This document shows, piece by piece, positions 29,139 to 38,998 of a stretch of 64,000 nt of DNA. Both the position numbers and the translations under genes were made by a program. Under the pieces are notes generated by a model, which did no database searches, was not told where the DNA came from, and saw only the letters and a list, made by a program, of their open reading frames with translations. Positions within the stretch are counted from its first letter, which is position 1. Each line of letters starts with the position of its first letter. The DNA comes from Nitrosopumilus sp. GTDB taxonomy: Archaea > Thermoproteota > Nitrososphaeria > Nitrososphaerales > Nitrosopumilaceae. The DNA lies in contig OZ250186.1 in NCBI GenBank assembly GCA_965238275.1, forward strand, positions 416,001 through 480,000, in the 5' to 3' direction.

Positions 29139-30044
29139 TCATGTTTGTTGCGGATCAAGTTTTAGGTATTGCTTGTATTCTTTTACGTAGCGTTTAATGA
29201 ACCACTGCAGGAATATTGCGTCATTTTTTTCTGTCTGGGATCTCTCAAGTGCGTTGTAGTAGCTGCGTCGTTGCTTGTATGGAATATCAAACATCGGGTA
29301 TCCTTTGCTGTTTAGTATAAAATTCATGACAAGTCTCGCAACTCTGCCGTTGCCGTCTCCAAACGGGTGTATTGTTACCAGATTCAGATGAATCAGTGCT
29401 GCAAGTTCTACAGGATGAATCTTGTTTTGATTTCTTTTATACCACTGGAAAAATTCTGTCAGCATTGGATATACCTCTACTGGCATAGGCGGGGTGAATC
29501 TGCTTCCGCCTATTCCCACCTGGTATTTTCTAATTGCCCCTGCAATACCAGGCTTTGTCTTTTCAAATAATTTCCAATGCCAGTCCAGCAGCACATGCAG
29601 TGTAAAATTTTTTTTAAATTTTAACATCTCATTAAACATATCCCTGTGAGCCTCGGCCTCATGCACATCCTGCATGGGTCTGTCTTTCGGAGCAATGTTA
29701 TTTACCAGCAGATCTGCAGTCTCCCTCCTGGTTAGAGTTGAGCCCTCTATTTTTTGGGTGTCATATGTGAATTTTATGGTAAAATTTTGAACTTCTTTTT
29801 CCTTGATTGATTTTGGAATGTATTTTTGTTCTCGGGCATAATTTTTCTGAATCCTGTCCATGTCTGCATGCCATCTTTGTTTTCGTATCTCATCTGCAAA
29901 CTCTTTTTTGATTTTTTCAATATGGGCAGGCATGTCTGTCCCCAGATACCTTTCTTTTTTTGTTATCCTGCTCCCCTCCCTCATACTGTGTTCCAGATAA
30001 TAGTATGTCCTACCCCCAAGATGCCTTTCCCTGATTCTTACCAT
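29139..30044 (-). CDS. Fic family protein
   Basis: Canonical HPFGDGNGRVAR; TQKIEGS (class II inhibitory-like motif). Confidence 0.92.
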   Translation of the reverse strand: MVRIRERHLGGRTYYYLEHSMREGSRITKKERYLGTDMPAHIEKIKKEFADEIRKQRWHADMDRIQKNYAREQKYIPKSIKEKEVQNFTIKFTYDTQKIEGSTLTRRETADLLVNNIAPKDRPMQDVHEAEAHRDMFNEMLKFKKNFTLHVLLDWHWKLFEKTKPGIAGAIRKYQVGIGGSRFTPPMPVEVYPMLTEFFQWYKRNQNKIHPVELAALIHLNLVTIHPFGDGNGRVARLVMNFILNSKGYPMFDIPYKQRRSYYNALERSQTEKNDAIFLQWFIKRYVKEYKQYLKLDPQQT

Positions 30045-30364
30045 GTGTTTTGATACCCCTACAGATTTATATAATTTTCATTTTTAGTGAAATCGTAGAG
30101 GTAATAAAACCCGGATAAACCAAAAAAAAATAACACGGTATCTCGGATAGGGCAGTTCGATTCTAGTCTAGGCCAGTATTTGCGACTAGGCTGTCCTTGT
30201 CATACAGAAGCGTTCGGTCCTTTTCATACATCTGTGAGAGTATATCATAGCAGTGTATTCTGAGCCTAAGGCTGTTTACGATATTTTATGATGTCGTCAA
30301 GAAACCTAGACGTGATGGTCCAGTTCTCGTTCCATGTCTCACGTCTCTGCACGATTTCTAAGAG

Positions 30365-30763
30365 TCAGGAGAGGATATAGCAGTGTATTCTGAGCCTAAG
30401 GCTGTTTACGTGATCAAGATTTCTCCCATGTCTCACGTCATTTCTAAGAGAGAGGATAACCTTCATTTTGTATTCAAAGACATGCTTGTCTAGGAATATG
30501 CCCTCGAAGTAATTCTTCCAGTTATCTCTTTTTGCGATTATCTTTCCATAACCATCAAAATTAACGTAGTGCCACGCCTCGTATGCAGGCTTGTTTAGTA
30601 CGTCGGCCATCTTTTTTTCATCCTCGTGCCTCTTGTCTGCATTATTTCTTATCTCCTGCGGGATGCAGGACTTCCACCAATTGTTTGTGCCCGAGAGCAT
30701 GCGTACTATGAATTCCCTCGTGGTTCTCTCAAAATAGTCCAATACGCCAGAGTCTGTAGTCAA
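30365..30763 (-). CDS. Swt1-like HEPN domain protein; 3' end scrambled by a local duplication
   Basis: WW...IP, NWKNYF...F, RNDVRH (Rx4H). Confidence 0.75.
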   Translation of the reverse strand: MTTDSGVLDYFERTTREFIVRMLSGTNNWWKSCIPQEIRNNADKRHEDEKKMADVLNKPAYEAWHYVNFDGYGKIIAKRDNWKNYFEGIFLDKHVFEYKMKVILSLRNDVRHGRNLDHVNSLRLRIHCYILS

Positions 30764-31026
30764 ATCTGCATGTGTCTTATTTTAAAACGTTAAAAATATG
30801 ATGTTTGGGTTGTGTGTGGCACATTGGTTATCGCGTAATTGTGCACCAGCATCACAGAAATGTCTGCCATTCAGATCGACAGGTTTCCTACGAGTCTCTG
30901 CACGTACGGCATCCGCGACGACTTGGCTACTTGGCCCGTCTTGCCGACGCTGTTAGCGCCTCTAGCATGCGGCCAAGCCGCTCCGCACCGGAGCCGTGTA
31001 CTTTTGATCGGTTCGTTGTCGCGCGT

Positions 31027-31160
31027 TTACTGGGTGCTTGTGACTATAATCGTGAATTTACACCAGGCGCCGGGGGCGCCGCTGTCGTAGCAGGCGCGTA
31101 TCTTGACCTTGTATTCCTCGCCCCCGTCGAGTCCGGTGATGGTGTGGTCAGGTGAGGTAG
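31027..31160 (-). pseudogene. Fibronectin type III domain fragment
   Basis: HTITGLDGGEEYKVKIRA...GAW resembles the C-terminal strands of Fn3; no intact gene around it. Confidence 0.55.
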
Positions 31161-31319
31161 GGAAGGCATGGCGTTGCCGACAGAGTCTCTTCAAAACGGA
31201 TAGTCCACGCCTGACTTGGCCCATGTTACGCGGCAGTCATTGGGCGTCTCGGTGGGCGTATCCCAGGAAGCCTAGATCGTCCCTAAACCAATCTCTTAAT
31301 AAACACCATTATCTCCATA

Positions 31320-31882
31320 ATGACAGACGATTTGGTATTCCTAAAGAGACAGACTCATACTGCACAAAAGGATGCAACTCAGAGCATGAGTTGGAGACTG
31401 AGGCCGTACAAAGGGACATCTCCCAAAACGTTTTGGTACGACAAATTCTTGGCAAGTATGTCAGATGGGACAGGTTCTCAGGCAAGATGGGGATGGTCTC
31501 GACGCCCAAGGTAATCATGAACCTGTTATGCAGGGAACTAGATGACAAAGATATCGACGAGATGGTCGATGCCGTATTTCCAGTGGTCACGGACTCTGTC
31601 ATGTTTGCCAAGGGCGGGTATGATCTGAAGAGGGCCATTGAGACCCTTGAAGACTATATGAGATCATCCGGAGTAAACTCTGATCATCGGGTGAATGGGG
31701 ACATCCATGTGTTTATCATCCAGCATGATTTGGGAATAAACTGGTCTATCTTTTCAGAACGGGTTTTGTCACGAATGTTTCGCGGTTTTCTGCCCGAGAA
31801 GGACCTAGAATTCCAAACCACCGACTCGACTGTAATTCTATCCGTGGCGTTGGGCGCTGATTTTGATGAGCATGACTATTAA
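31320..31882 (+). CDS. Thaumarchaeal hypothetical protein (RHH-like N-terminus); 5' end appears degenerate or frameshifted
   Basis: ISQNVLVRQILGKYVRWDR...IQHDLGINWS; the ATG at 31320 is in a different frame from the body. Confidence 0.55.
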
Positions 31883-32166
31883 ATCATAAATTCAGACAGT
31901 CATTTGAAATGCGTCTTCGCATATCGTCCTCAAAGCCCGCCTTGTTCCTGCCGGGAAAAAGGCAGCGGTGCGACAAATCGCCGTCATTCCATCCTCCTTT
32001 GACTCAGCTGATGCTGGTGCGACCAGGATGATGGGATGTGTTGGGATTTGGAGAATGCCGTTTCAGAAGGTGGCATGAGGGGTGGTTCAGGAACCTGGAG
32101 AGGCGTTTATGGTAATGTTTGGAGCGCCATCAAGGGCAGGAACATAGAAAGGTTGTGATGCAATAG

Positions 32167-32240
32167 CGGGTCTAGAGGGATTCGAACCCTCGACACCAGG
32201 ATTAAGAGTCCTGCGCGCTACCTGGCTGCGCCATAGACCC
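32167..32240 (-). tRNA. tRNA-Lys (CTT)
   Basis: Reverse complement gggtctatggcgcagccaggtagcgcg-cagga-ctCTTaa-tcctg-...gttcgaatccctctagacccg. Confidence 0.95.
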
Positions 32241-32390
32241 ACCAAAATGAATATGGCCAGTCTTGTTATTAATCTTGAGATTGCACCATCTGCCATGTCC
32301 AGCCTCAAAGGATACGGTCATGGAACAGCCAATATGGAATGACACACGATGGAGGCAAACAGCGACAGCTAAAGGATTTGAATGTGTAAT

Positions 32391-32993
32391 TTAGTTTTGG
32401 GCAGTTGCCTCTATCTCATTGTACCTTTCAATGATTGCCGTAAGCGCAGTTGATACTGGAACGTCGTTCATCTTTTTCTTTTCTGCAAGAAGCTTCTGGT
32501 ATGCATCAAGCGTAATGTATACGGGAATTGAACCGTTTCCTTCAAGCAGGCCCCTCACGTTATACAGTGCAGTCTCCATTCCCCTCTCAGCAGACTTTGC
32601 AAACTTTGCCTTGTCCATTATGACCCCTAGCGGACCAAACGGCATCTCATAGTCTGCACTCATTGTCACCCGGGTAAGGTTGCCACCCAGTGCCTGAAAC
32701 TCGTTGGTAATCTGCCACCTTTTGAACGGGCCTTCAATCTGCTTTGCAGAGATCTTTTCATTCCTGACAAACTCAGTCGTTTCACAGTCCCATTCCAGAC
32801 GTTTCCCGCCAAAGTCGCCGATAATCCTAAAGGTTGTGCCCACACCCATGCCCTCCTTGATATCCATGGGAACGACAGTCATGCCAACAACATCAGTCTT
32901 GATCTGATCGGATACGTGTTCTGGTCTTGCAAAGTATGTAAAGACGTTCTCTACAGGCGTCTTTATGTCAATTGATTTGGTGACGAGTGTCAA
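32391..32993 (-). CDS. SRPBCC (START/cyclase-like) family protein
   Basis: SIDIKTPVENVF...GPFKRW...YEMPFGPLG; TTG start inferred. Confidence 0.8.
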   Translation of the reverse strand: MTLVTKSIDIKTPVENVFTYFARPEHVSDQIKTDVVGMTVVPMDIKEGMGVGTTFRIIGDFGGKRLEWDCETTEFVRNEKISAKQIEGPFKRWQITNEFQALGGNLTRVTMSADYEMPFGPLGVIMDKAKFAKSAERGMETALYNVRGLLEGNGSIPVYITLDAYQKLLAEKKKMNDVPVSTALTAIIERYNEIEATAQN

Positions 32994-33248
32994 CGAATCT
33001 GTTTCTAGACAATTAGGATTTAAAGGTTTTGAGGATTTTTTTGTGCCCGGTGCTATTCTGAAAAATGAATTAGTCGTAACAGGATCCATCATGCACACCG
33101 CCGGATCGCAAGATGCCATCCGGCAGTACCAGGCGTACCAGACATGATTGGCATCATTCCCCCACAGGACTACCGATTGGCACACATGCACAGCATCCAT
33201 GCCATCAATGGACTTGCAATATATTCATCCTAGTCCCACGACATATGG

Positions 33249-33783
33249 ATGACCCGGAAACTGCTTGTGCCGATCGTTTTTGGCCTGCTGCTTGTGCTGG
33301 CTTTGGTTCCAAGCGATGCATACTCGCATTCCATGTTCAACTCGGCTGAAAAGTTCAGTGATGATGCCAAAATCAGGCCACAGGGTGCAGGTGGCCACGG
33401 CGCCTGAGTTCCCGCAGATAGGCGAGCCGTCCCAGTTCAGGGTAAGGGTCACTGATGCAGACTTTGAGGAGGTCGACAGTTTTGTCATGGGGATCCGCGT
33501 ATTCTTCCATGACAAGCAGATCGATGCAATCCCCCCCACTGCCATTGAGGCGGGGCACTGGGACTTTGACTACACCTGGAGAAACCCGGGGAACCACATT
33601 GTAAAAGTCGACCTCTACGGCATAAGTGAGAACACAGACGTCATAACATACACGTTCAACATGGGAACCCAGAGTCCGTTTGGCTACATCTTCATACTTG
33701 CCATAACCATCGGGGCCATGTGCTTTGCAGGGGTCATGACATACATCTATCTGCCGTGGATCATCAAGAAGATCAGGCGCTAG
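33249..33783 (+). pseudogene. Secreted/membrane-anchored protein with a +1 frameshift (real or sequencing error)
   Basis: Signal peptide MTRKLLVPIVFGLLLVLAL...AYSH from 33249; body in the next frame; removing one A at 33369-33372 fuses them. Confidence 0.65.
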
Positions 33784-33865
33784 GATTCTGGATACTGCCC
33801 GCTCTCTTGATATCCCGGATGCGGCCATCATCTGCCGTGGAACCCCAAGGGAATGTGGCGCCGGG

Positions 33866-34309
33866 TCAGACCTTGGAGACTATCTGCGCCCGGGCTATCC
33901 TGAATGCAAACAGCGTAGTCAGCAGCACCATGGCAAACAGCAGTATCCCTATTCCCAGGTGAATGGCGACAAGAACCGCATGCAGTTTCAGATCGATTAC
34001 CAGCGCGCCAAGCGTGATCTGCGTGATTACAAACACCGTGGCAAGCGTGCTTGTCGCCTTGATCTTGGCGTCTGCCTGCCGGTTAAGAAAGCTTGCAACC
34101 ATCGTTGCAATTACCAGCGCACCGGTGGTCGCAGCTGCCAGCCTGTGAATCCACTCAATCAGGTACTCTTCTGACGGCATGATGCCGTTGGGGCACAGCG
34201 GCCACTCAGGACACGTAAGGCCGAGGCCGGCAGCAGATATGTACCCGCCCAGAAACATCAGCGAGTACAGTACCATCATTGTTGCAAGGGCGAGGTACTG
34301 GATTGCCAA
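33866..34309 (-). CDS. ctaA: Heme A synthase (COX15/CtaA family, short form)
   Basis: GLTCPEWPLC, EWIHR, QITLG, H motifs; non-ATG start. Confidence 0.85.
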   Translation of the reverse strand: MAIQYLALATMMVLYSLMFLGGYISAAGLGLTCPEWPLCPNGIMPSEEYLIEWIHRLAAATTGALVIATMVASFLNRQADAKIKATSTLATVFVITQITLGALVIDLKLHAVLVAIHLGIGILLFAMVLLTTLFAFRIARAQIVSKV

Positions 34310-34311
34310 GA

Positions 34312-34893
34312 CTACTCTTCTACGATGAATGTGCCCTGCATTCCCTGCAGGACGTGTCCTGGGACTGTACAGATATAGTCATAGATTCCCGGCGGTCCTG
34401 CCAGGAATGTGACGCTGCCATCCTCTCCGGGCCTCAGGGGGGCTAAAGCAGAGCCGATTCCGGACTCCCATATCACGCTGTTAAAGTCGTTGGGATCGCT
34501 TGCCACCCCGAATGCATGGAACGACCTGCCCAGATTGGTAACCATGACGGTCACCTCGTCGCCGGATTTCACTATAATGTCAGGGTTGCTCCCCTCCTCG
34601 CCTGGCAGCGCGTTGAATGCCAGAACCCTAAAGTCGTCAGACTCTACAAAGTTCATGACAAACTCGTGTTTGACGCCTGTCGGTGGTGCGGCCTCGCTTA
34701 CCTCGACTTCGGGCTTTAGTGCCGCCTTCTTCTCTGCCATTATTGCAACGATCGGTGCGGGCTCTGATATCCAGTAGTCCCACATGGAAAAGAAGATCAG
34801 GCCGCCTGCCACGCATATGCCCAGCATGATTGCCATCATCTTGCCCGTCCTGGCAGGCGTTGTCCGGTAGTAGGTCTGTGAATCGTGCTTCAT
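34312..34893 (-). CDS. Membrane-anchored blue (type 1) copper protein
   Basis: N-terminal TM; H...YICTVPGHVLQGM. Confidence 0.88.
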   Translation of the reverse strand: MKHDSQTYYRTTPARTGKMMAIMLGICVAGGLIFFSMWDYWISEPAPIVAIMAEKKAALKPEVEVSEAAPPTGVKHEFVMNFVESDDFRVLAFNALPGEEGSNPDIIVKSGDEVTVMVTNLGRSFHAFGVASDPNDFNSVIWESGIGSALAPLRPGEDGSVTFLAGPPGIYDYICTVPGHVLQGMQGTFIVEE

Positions 34894-34905
34894 CTTACAT
34901 ATCTC

Positions 34906-36432
34906 CTAGTGCGATGGGGTCTTTGCCTCAAACGGATAATAGTACTTTCCGCCCACGCCAAACGGGTCCTCTACGTTTGCAATCTCCCCCTTGGCCGAGC
35001 TGTAAATCATGTTAATCAGGAACAGTACCATGCTGGCACCTATTATCATTGCGCCCACTGATGCTATCTGGTTCATGGCAATCCACTCGGGTATTTCCGG
35101 ATAGTCAAAGACCCTCCTTGGCATGCCGTACAGTCCCAGCACGTGCTGCGTAAAGAATACCATGACGGTCCCTATCATGGCCATGATAAAGTGGATCTTG
35201 CCCAGGGCCTCGTTGTAGAGCCGTCCTGTGACATAGGGGAACATGTAGTACAGGTATGCAATGGAGCCAAACGCGATGGTTCCCATCACAAACAGGTGGA
35301 AGTGTCCCACCACCCAGTACGTGTCGTGCGTGGTAAAGTCAAGCGGCATTGCGCTGTTTACGACGCCGCCTGCGCCTGCAGAGAAGAAGAGGGCAATCCC
35401 TCCGACTGACCACATCATCGGTGTCAAGAATTTGATTCGGCCGTTCCACATGGTGGCAATAAAGTTGAAGACGTGCATGGCAGATGCAGGAACCGCTGCA
35501 AGCGTTCCGACCATGAATACGGTCTTTTCCGTAAAGGACATTCCCGTGGCGTACATGTGGTGCGCCCACGAGGAGAAGCTCACTATGGACAGCAGCACGA
35601 ATGCAAAGATGCCAGAGTTGTAGCTGTAGATCGGTCTCCTTGAGAACCTGGGGATAATCTCGTACATCATGCCTATGGCAGGTATGACCAGCACGTACAC
35701 CTCCGGATGGAAGGTAAACCAGAACAGGTGCGCATACGCGATCGGGTCGCCTCCCAGTGCGGGATTGAAGAATCCGCTGACTCCCAAGCGGTCCGTGAGC
35801 AGCATGAGAAGCGCTGCTGCAAACGTGGGTATGGCCACAAGTATGATCAGTGAGGAGGTCAGAATTGACCATGCCAGGAGCGGGACCTGCCCTATGGACA
35901 TGTCTGGATGCTTGCATTTGAGGATGGTCACTACAAAGTTGATGGCACCCAGCACCGAGGAGACGCCCAGAATCTTGAGCCCGAATATCCACATGTCAGC
36001 AGCCGGACCGGGCGAGCTGATGATGGAGTACGGGGGGGTTGCATACCAGGTAAAGTCTGCAAACCCGAGCCAGATGAGGGCCCCGGCGGGCGGAATCATC
36101 CAGAATGCAATTGCGTTGAGTTTTGGATATGCCATGTCCTTGTACCGGACCATTATTGGTACAAAGTAGTTGCCCACTGCAGAGGCAAAGGGGATGATGA
36201 AGAGGAATATGAGCGTCGTGCCGTGAACGGTGAATATTCGGTTGAATGTCATGGAGTCGGTGATTATCTGGGGGCCTGGAAGGAACAGTTCGACCCTGAT
36301 CGCCAAGGCAAGTGCGCCTCCCAGAAACAGGAATGCCAGAGACGTTATCAGGTATAGCAGGCCGATATCTGTGTGGTGAGTCGAGAACATAACCTGCCAG
36401 ATCGGCCGTGGGCGTTGCAGTTCTAGGGTCAT
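34906..36432 (-). CDS. coxA: Heme-copper oxidase subunit I
   Basis: TVHG, WFTFHPEVY, WAHH, HFH, GMPRR. Confidence 0.95.
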   Translation of the reverse strand: MTLELQRPRPIWQVMFSTHHTDIGLLYLITSLAFLFLGGALALAIRVELFLPGPQIITDSMTFNRIFTVHGTTLIFLFIIPFASAVGNYFVPIMVRYKDMAYPKLNAIAFWMIPPAGALIWLGFADFTWYATPPYSIISSPGPAADMWIFGLKILGVSSVLGAINFVVTILKCKHPDMSIGQVPLLAWSILTSSLIILVAIPTFAAALLMLLTDRLGVSGFFNPALGGDPIAYAHLFWFTFHPEVYVLVIPAIGMMYEIIPRFSRRPIYSYNSGIFAFVLLSIVSFSSWAHHMYATGMSFTEKTVFMVGTLAAVPASAMHVFNFIATMWNGRIKFLTPMMWSVGGIALFFSAGAGGVVNSAMPLDFTTHDTYWVVGHFHLFVMGTIAFGSIAYLYYMFPYVTGRLYNEALGKIHFIMAMIGTVMVFFTQHVLGLYGMPRRVFDYPEIPEWIAMNQIASVGAMIIGASMVLFLINMIYSSAKGEIANVEDPFGVGGKYYYPFEAKTPSH

Positions 36433-36472
36433 CGGGTAATCCCTCCGCAATGAGCATCAGATAAAAGCGTTA

Positions 36473-36904
36473 TCAAGTCGATGCCTCCTCGACGTACAGC
36501 GTTCCGCGCATGTTGTAGTGGAGCAGTCCGCAGTACTCCCTGCACTGGATGTCATGTTCTCCCACCGCGTCAGGGGCAAACCATACCGTGTTGACCCTTC
36601 CCGGGACTGCGTCGATCAGAACCACGTAGTCGTGAATGTTAAAGGAGTGGATGACGTCAATGGCCGACACCTCGAACTTGTAGGCCTTGCCTGTCTCCAC
36701 ATGAAGCTCTCCCACCTCGACTGTGCCGTCCGGGTGCTCAAAGGTCCAGACCCATTGCTGTCCGGTCACCTTGATTATCTCGGCATCCTCCGGGACATGC
36801 TCGACCAGCCTCTCCACGTTCCAGGCCTCTGCCCCGACCCATGTCATAAGTGCAATTACAATGCCGATGTATATCCATTCAGGCCAGTTGGAGTGCGATC
36901 CCAA
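36473..36904 (-). CDS. coxB: Heme-copper oxidase subunit II (CuA domain)
   Basis: GQQWVW, DVIHSF, CREYCGLLHYNM; TTG start inferred. Confidence 0.92.
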   Translation of the reverse strand: MGSHSNWPEWIYIGIVIALMTWVGAEAWNVERLVEHVPEDAEIIKVTGQQWVWTFEHPDGTVEVGELHVETGKAYKFEVSAIDVIHSFNIHDYVVLIDAVPGRVNTVWFAPDAVGEHDIQCREYCGLLHYNMRGTLYVEEAST

Positions 36905-36906
36905 TC

Positions 36907-37167
36907 CTACCAGTCCGTCCCTTCGTATGGAGTCGGCTTTGCCTTGGGGTGCGACTCCCTGAACCGCCAGATCTGCCATATTATGGTGCCAGATACCACT
37001 GCACCCACAGTAAATGCCACAGTCATCATCCTAAAGAACAGGTTCCAGATAAGCACCCTGCGATCTACATATTTGCCAGGCTCATCGCCAGCGGCGAATG
37101 CAGCCTCCAGAGCTGGAACTGCCATCATAATTGCAAATACCAAGAACAGACCAATCATACCATTCAT
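36907..37167 (-). CDS. Small membrane protein heading the cox operon
   Basis: Signal peptide/TM plus WRFRESHP, resembling the subunit II TM region. Confidence 0.75.
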   Translation of the reverse strand: MNGMIGLFLVFAIMMAVPALEAAFAAGDEPGKYVDRRVLIWNLFFRMMTVAFTVGAVVSGTIIWQIWRFRESHPKAKPTPYEGTDW

Positions 37168-37223
37168 TAGCGATTGACAGTCGTCTTATGTAAATTCTAT
37201 TTAAGGGTTTACAAGATCCAGGC

Positions 37224-38872
37224 GTATGGACTCAGGTCCGTGCCTAGATTTTAATCGCTTGTGCATCAAATTAGACCATGCCGATTTATTGATCTCGGAA
37301 TCCGCGAACCCACGTGAGCAAATCAGAGATATCGCTCCTACGCAGGGAGCTGGCAAGGGTAGTGACGGAGTTCGAGAAGTTTAAGAAAACGATGTACAAG
37401 ACAAATGCCGAACTCACCAAGAAGGTGACGCTGCTCGAGATTGAAAACGACCGCCTGACCCTGGAGAATGCAGGATACCGCAGGAGGCTCCGCAAATACG
37501 AGAACCCCAACATGTCCTCGTCCACATATTCGTTGTACAACTCGGACCGCACGGCATTCAGGAAGCGGATGGACATGGAGGCCAAGATGGAGTCCGATGG
37601 CAGCGGGCCCAAGGAAGGAGAAAAGTCCGAATCGGAAGGCGGACCTGAATCAGAAGGCGAAGGCGCCGGAGACAAGACCCGCAAGGGACCGCCGGCAGGA
37701 CACGCCGGCGCCTCGCACAAGAACAAGGCCGAGAGGACCGAGAGTCTGCCAGTGTGCAGGTGCGAAAAGTGCGGACGCGGACACCTGGTCCGGATGCCGT
37801 CCATTGTCAAGATGGTGTATGATTTTCCCGACGACGGCGCCATGAGGATCGAGCGCGTCGCGTACCTGGTGGGACAGGGGTTGTGCAAGAGGTGCAATCA
37901 CGTCAGCTCTGCCGTGCCTCCCACGATCCCCGGCACGTCGCTTGGCCCCAAGGCCCTGGGGTTTGTGGAGGAGTACTACGACAAGAGGAGCACGGACTAC
38001 ACCGTATCATACTATTTCAAGGCGCTGTACGGGTTTGGCATATCGCCAAACGCCATATGGAACGCGCGCAAGGCCCTCAAAAAGATCCTCAAGGGCGCGT
38101 ACGAGGGCATACTGGCCCACATCGCCGATGCCATATTCGTACAGTTTGACGAGTCCCACATGAAGATGAACGGGAAGAAGGGGTACGTGTGGCTGGTCAC
38201 CACCGGCGACGCCACGTACCTGGTGGCCGCCCCGAGCAGGGCGGCCCTCGTGATAAACGCGCATTTTGCCCGGCTGCTTGGCAAGCCGGTGGTGGTGGAT
38301 GGGTACACCGTCTACAACATGTTCCCAGTCAAGCAGAGGTGCTGGGTGCACCTGCTGCGCGCCGCAGAAGAGTACGCCATCAAGAACGGCGGCAACGATC
38401 TTGCCTGCTACCGCAGGCTGCTTGCCCTGTACCGGTCAGTCAAGGACAGGGAGTCTGCCGGATCCGGCGAGTGCCTGGACCTAGAAAGGACGGTGCTCCA
38501 AATCGCCTCGGACTACGGGGAGTCCCACGACTTCCGCACGACGCTTGAGAACGCGGCCCCGTGCATGTTCACGTTCCTCAGGCATCCGGGCATGCCGCCG
38601 CATAACAACGCAGCAGAGCTTGAGATACGCGACACTGCGGTGCTGCACAGGAACGTGCGGCACCAGCTGTCCGAACCCGAGGGGCGGGAGGTCTTCTCGG
38701 TGCTGATATCAGTGGCGCGCACCTGCCACAAGCAGGGCATCTTCCCGCGCCAAGCAGTCGAGAACATCATCATGGATCCTGGCTGGAGCATATTCAAGCC
38801 ACCCGAACAATATCAGAAGGTTTCTGTACCCGCAGTGGCAGCGTAGCGCAGTTTGGCGACCTGAGTCCATAC
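37224..38872 (+). mobile_element. IS66-family element (single ORF), 1649 bp
   Basis: Perfect 15-bp TIR gtatggactcaggtc/gacctgagtccatac; 8-bp TSD atccaggc (37216-23, 38873-80). Confidence 0.95.
37314..38846 (+). CDS. IS66 transposase
   Basis: Coiled coil, GPPAGHAG, Zn finger, DESH, DGYTVY, QRCWVHLLR, NNAAELEIR. Confidence 0.92.
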   Translation: MSKSEISLLRRELARVVTEFEKFKKTMYKTNAELTKKVTLLEIENDRLTLENAGYRRRLRKYENPNMSSSTYSLYNSDRTAFRKRMDMEAKMESDGSGPKEGEKSESEGGPESEGEGAGDKTRKGPPAGHAGASHKNKAERTESLPVCRCEKCGRGHLVRMPSIVKMVYDFPDDGAMRIERVAYLVGQGLCKRCNHVSSAVPPTIPGTSLGPKALGFVEEYYDKRSTDYTVSYYFKALYGFGISPNAIWNARKALKKILKGAYEGILAHIADAIFVQFDESHMKMNGKKGYVWLVTTGDATYLVAAPSRAALVINAHFARLLGKPVVVDGYTVYNMFPVKQRCWVHLLRAAEEYAIKNGGNDLACYRRLLALYRSVKDRESAGSGECLDLERTVLQIASDYGESHDFRTTLENAAPCMFTFLRHPGMPPHNNAAELEIRDTAVLHRNVRHQLSEPEGREVFSVLISVARTCHKQGIFPRQAVENIIMDPGWSIFKPPEQYQKVSVPAVAA

Positions 38873-38998
38873 ATCCAGGCGACCCAGGATAATCTGGAAT
38901 ATGCAGGTGCAGTACGCAATTTCATGCACGGATCTAAAAGTTACCAGCGGGTCCCTCCCCCCTAGCAGAAGAGGCGATCCCGCGGAGTTTCAGGGTAT

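Noticed and set aside
27571-32166. attL/attR duplication of the tRNA-Lys 3' end or an integrase defining an island
   Set aside because: I found no repeat of the tRNA end and no integrase ORF.
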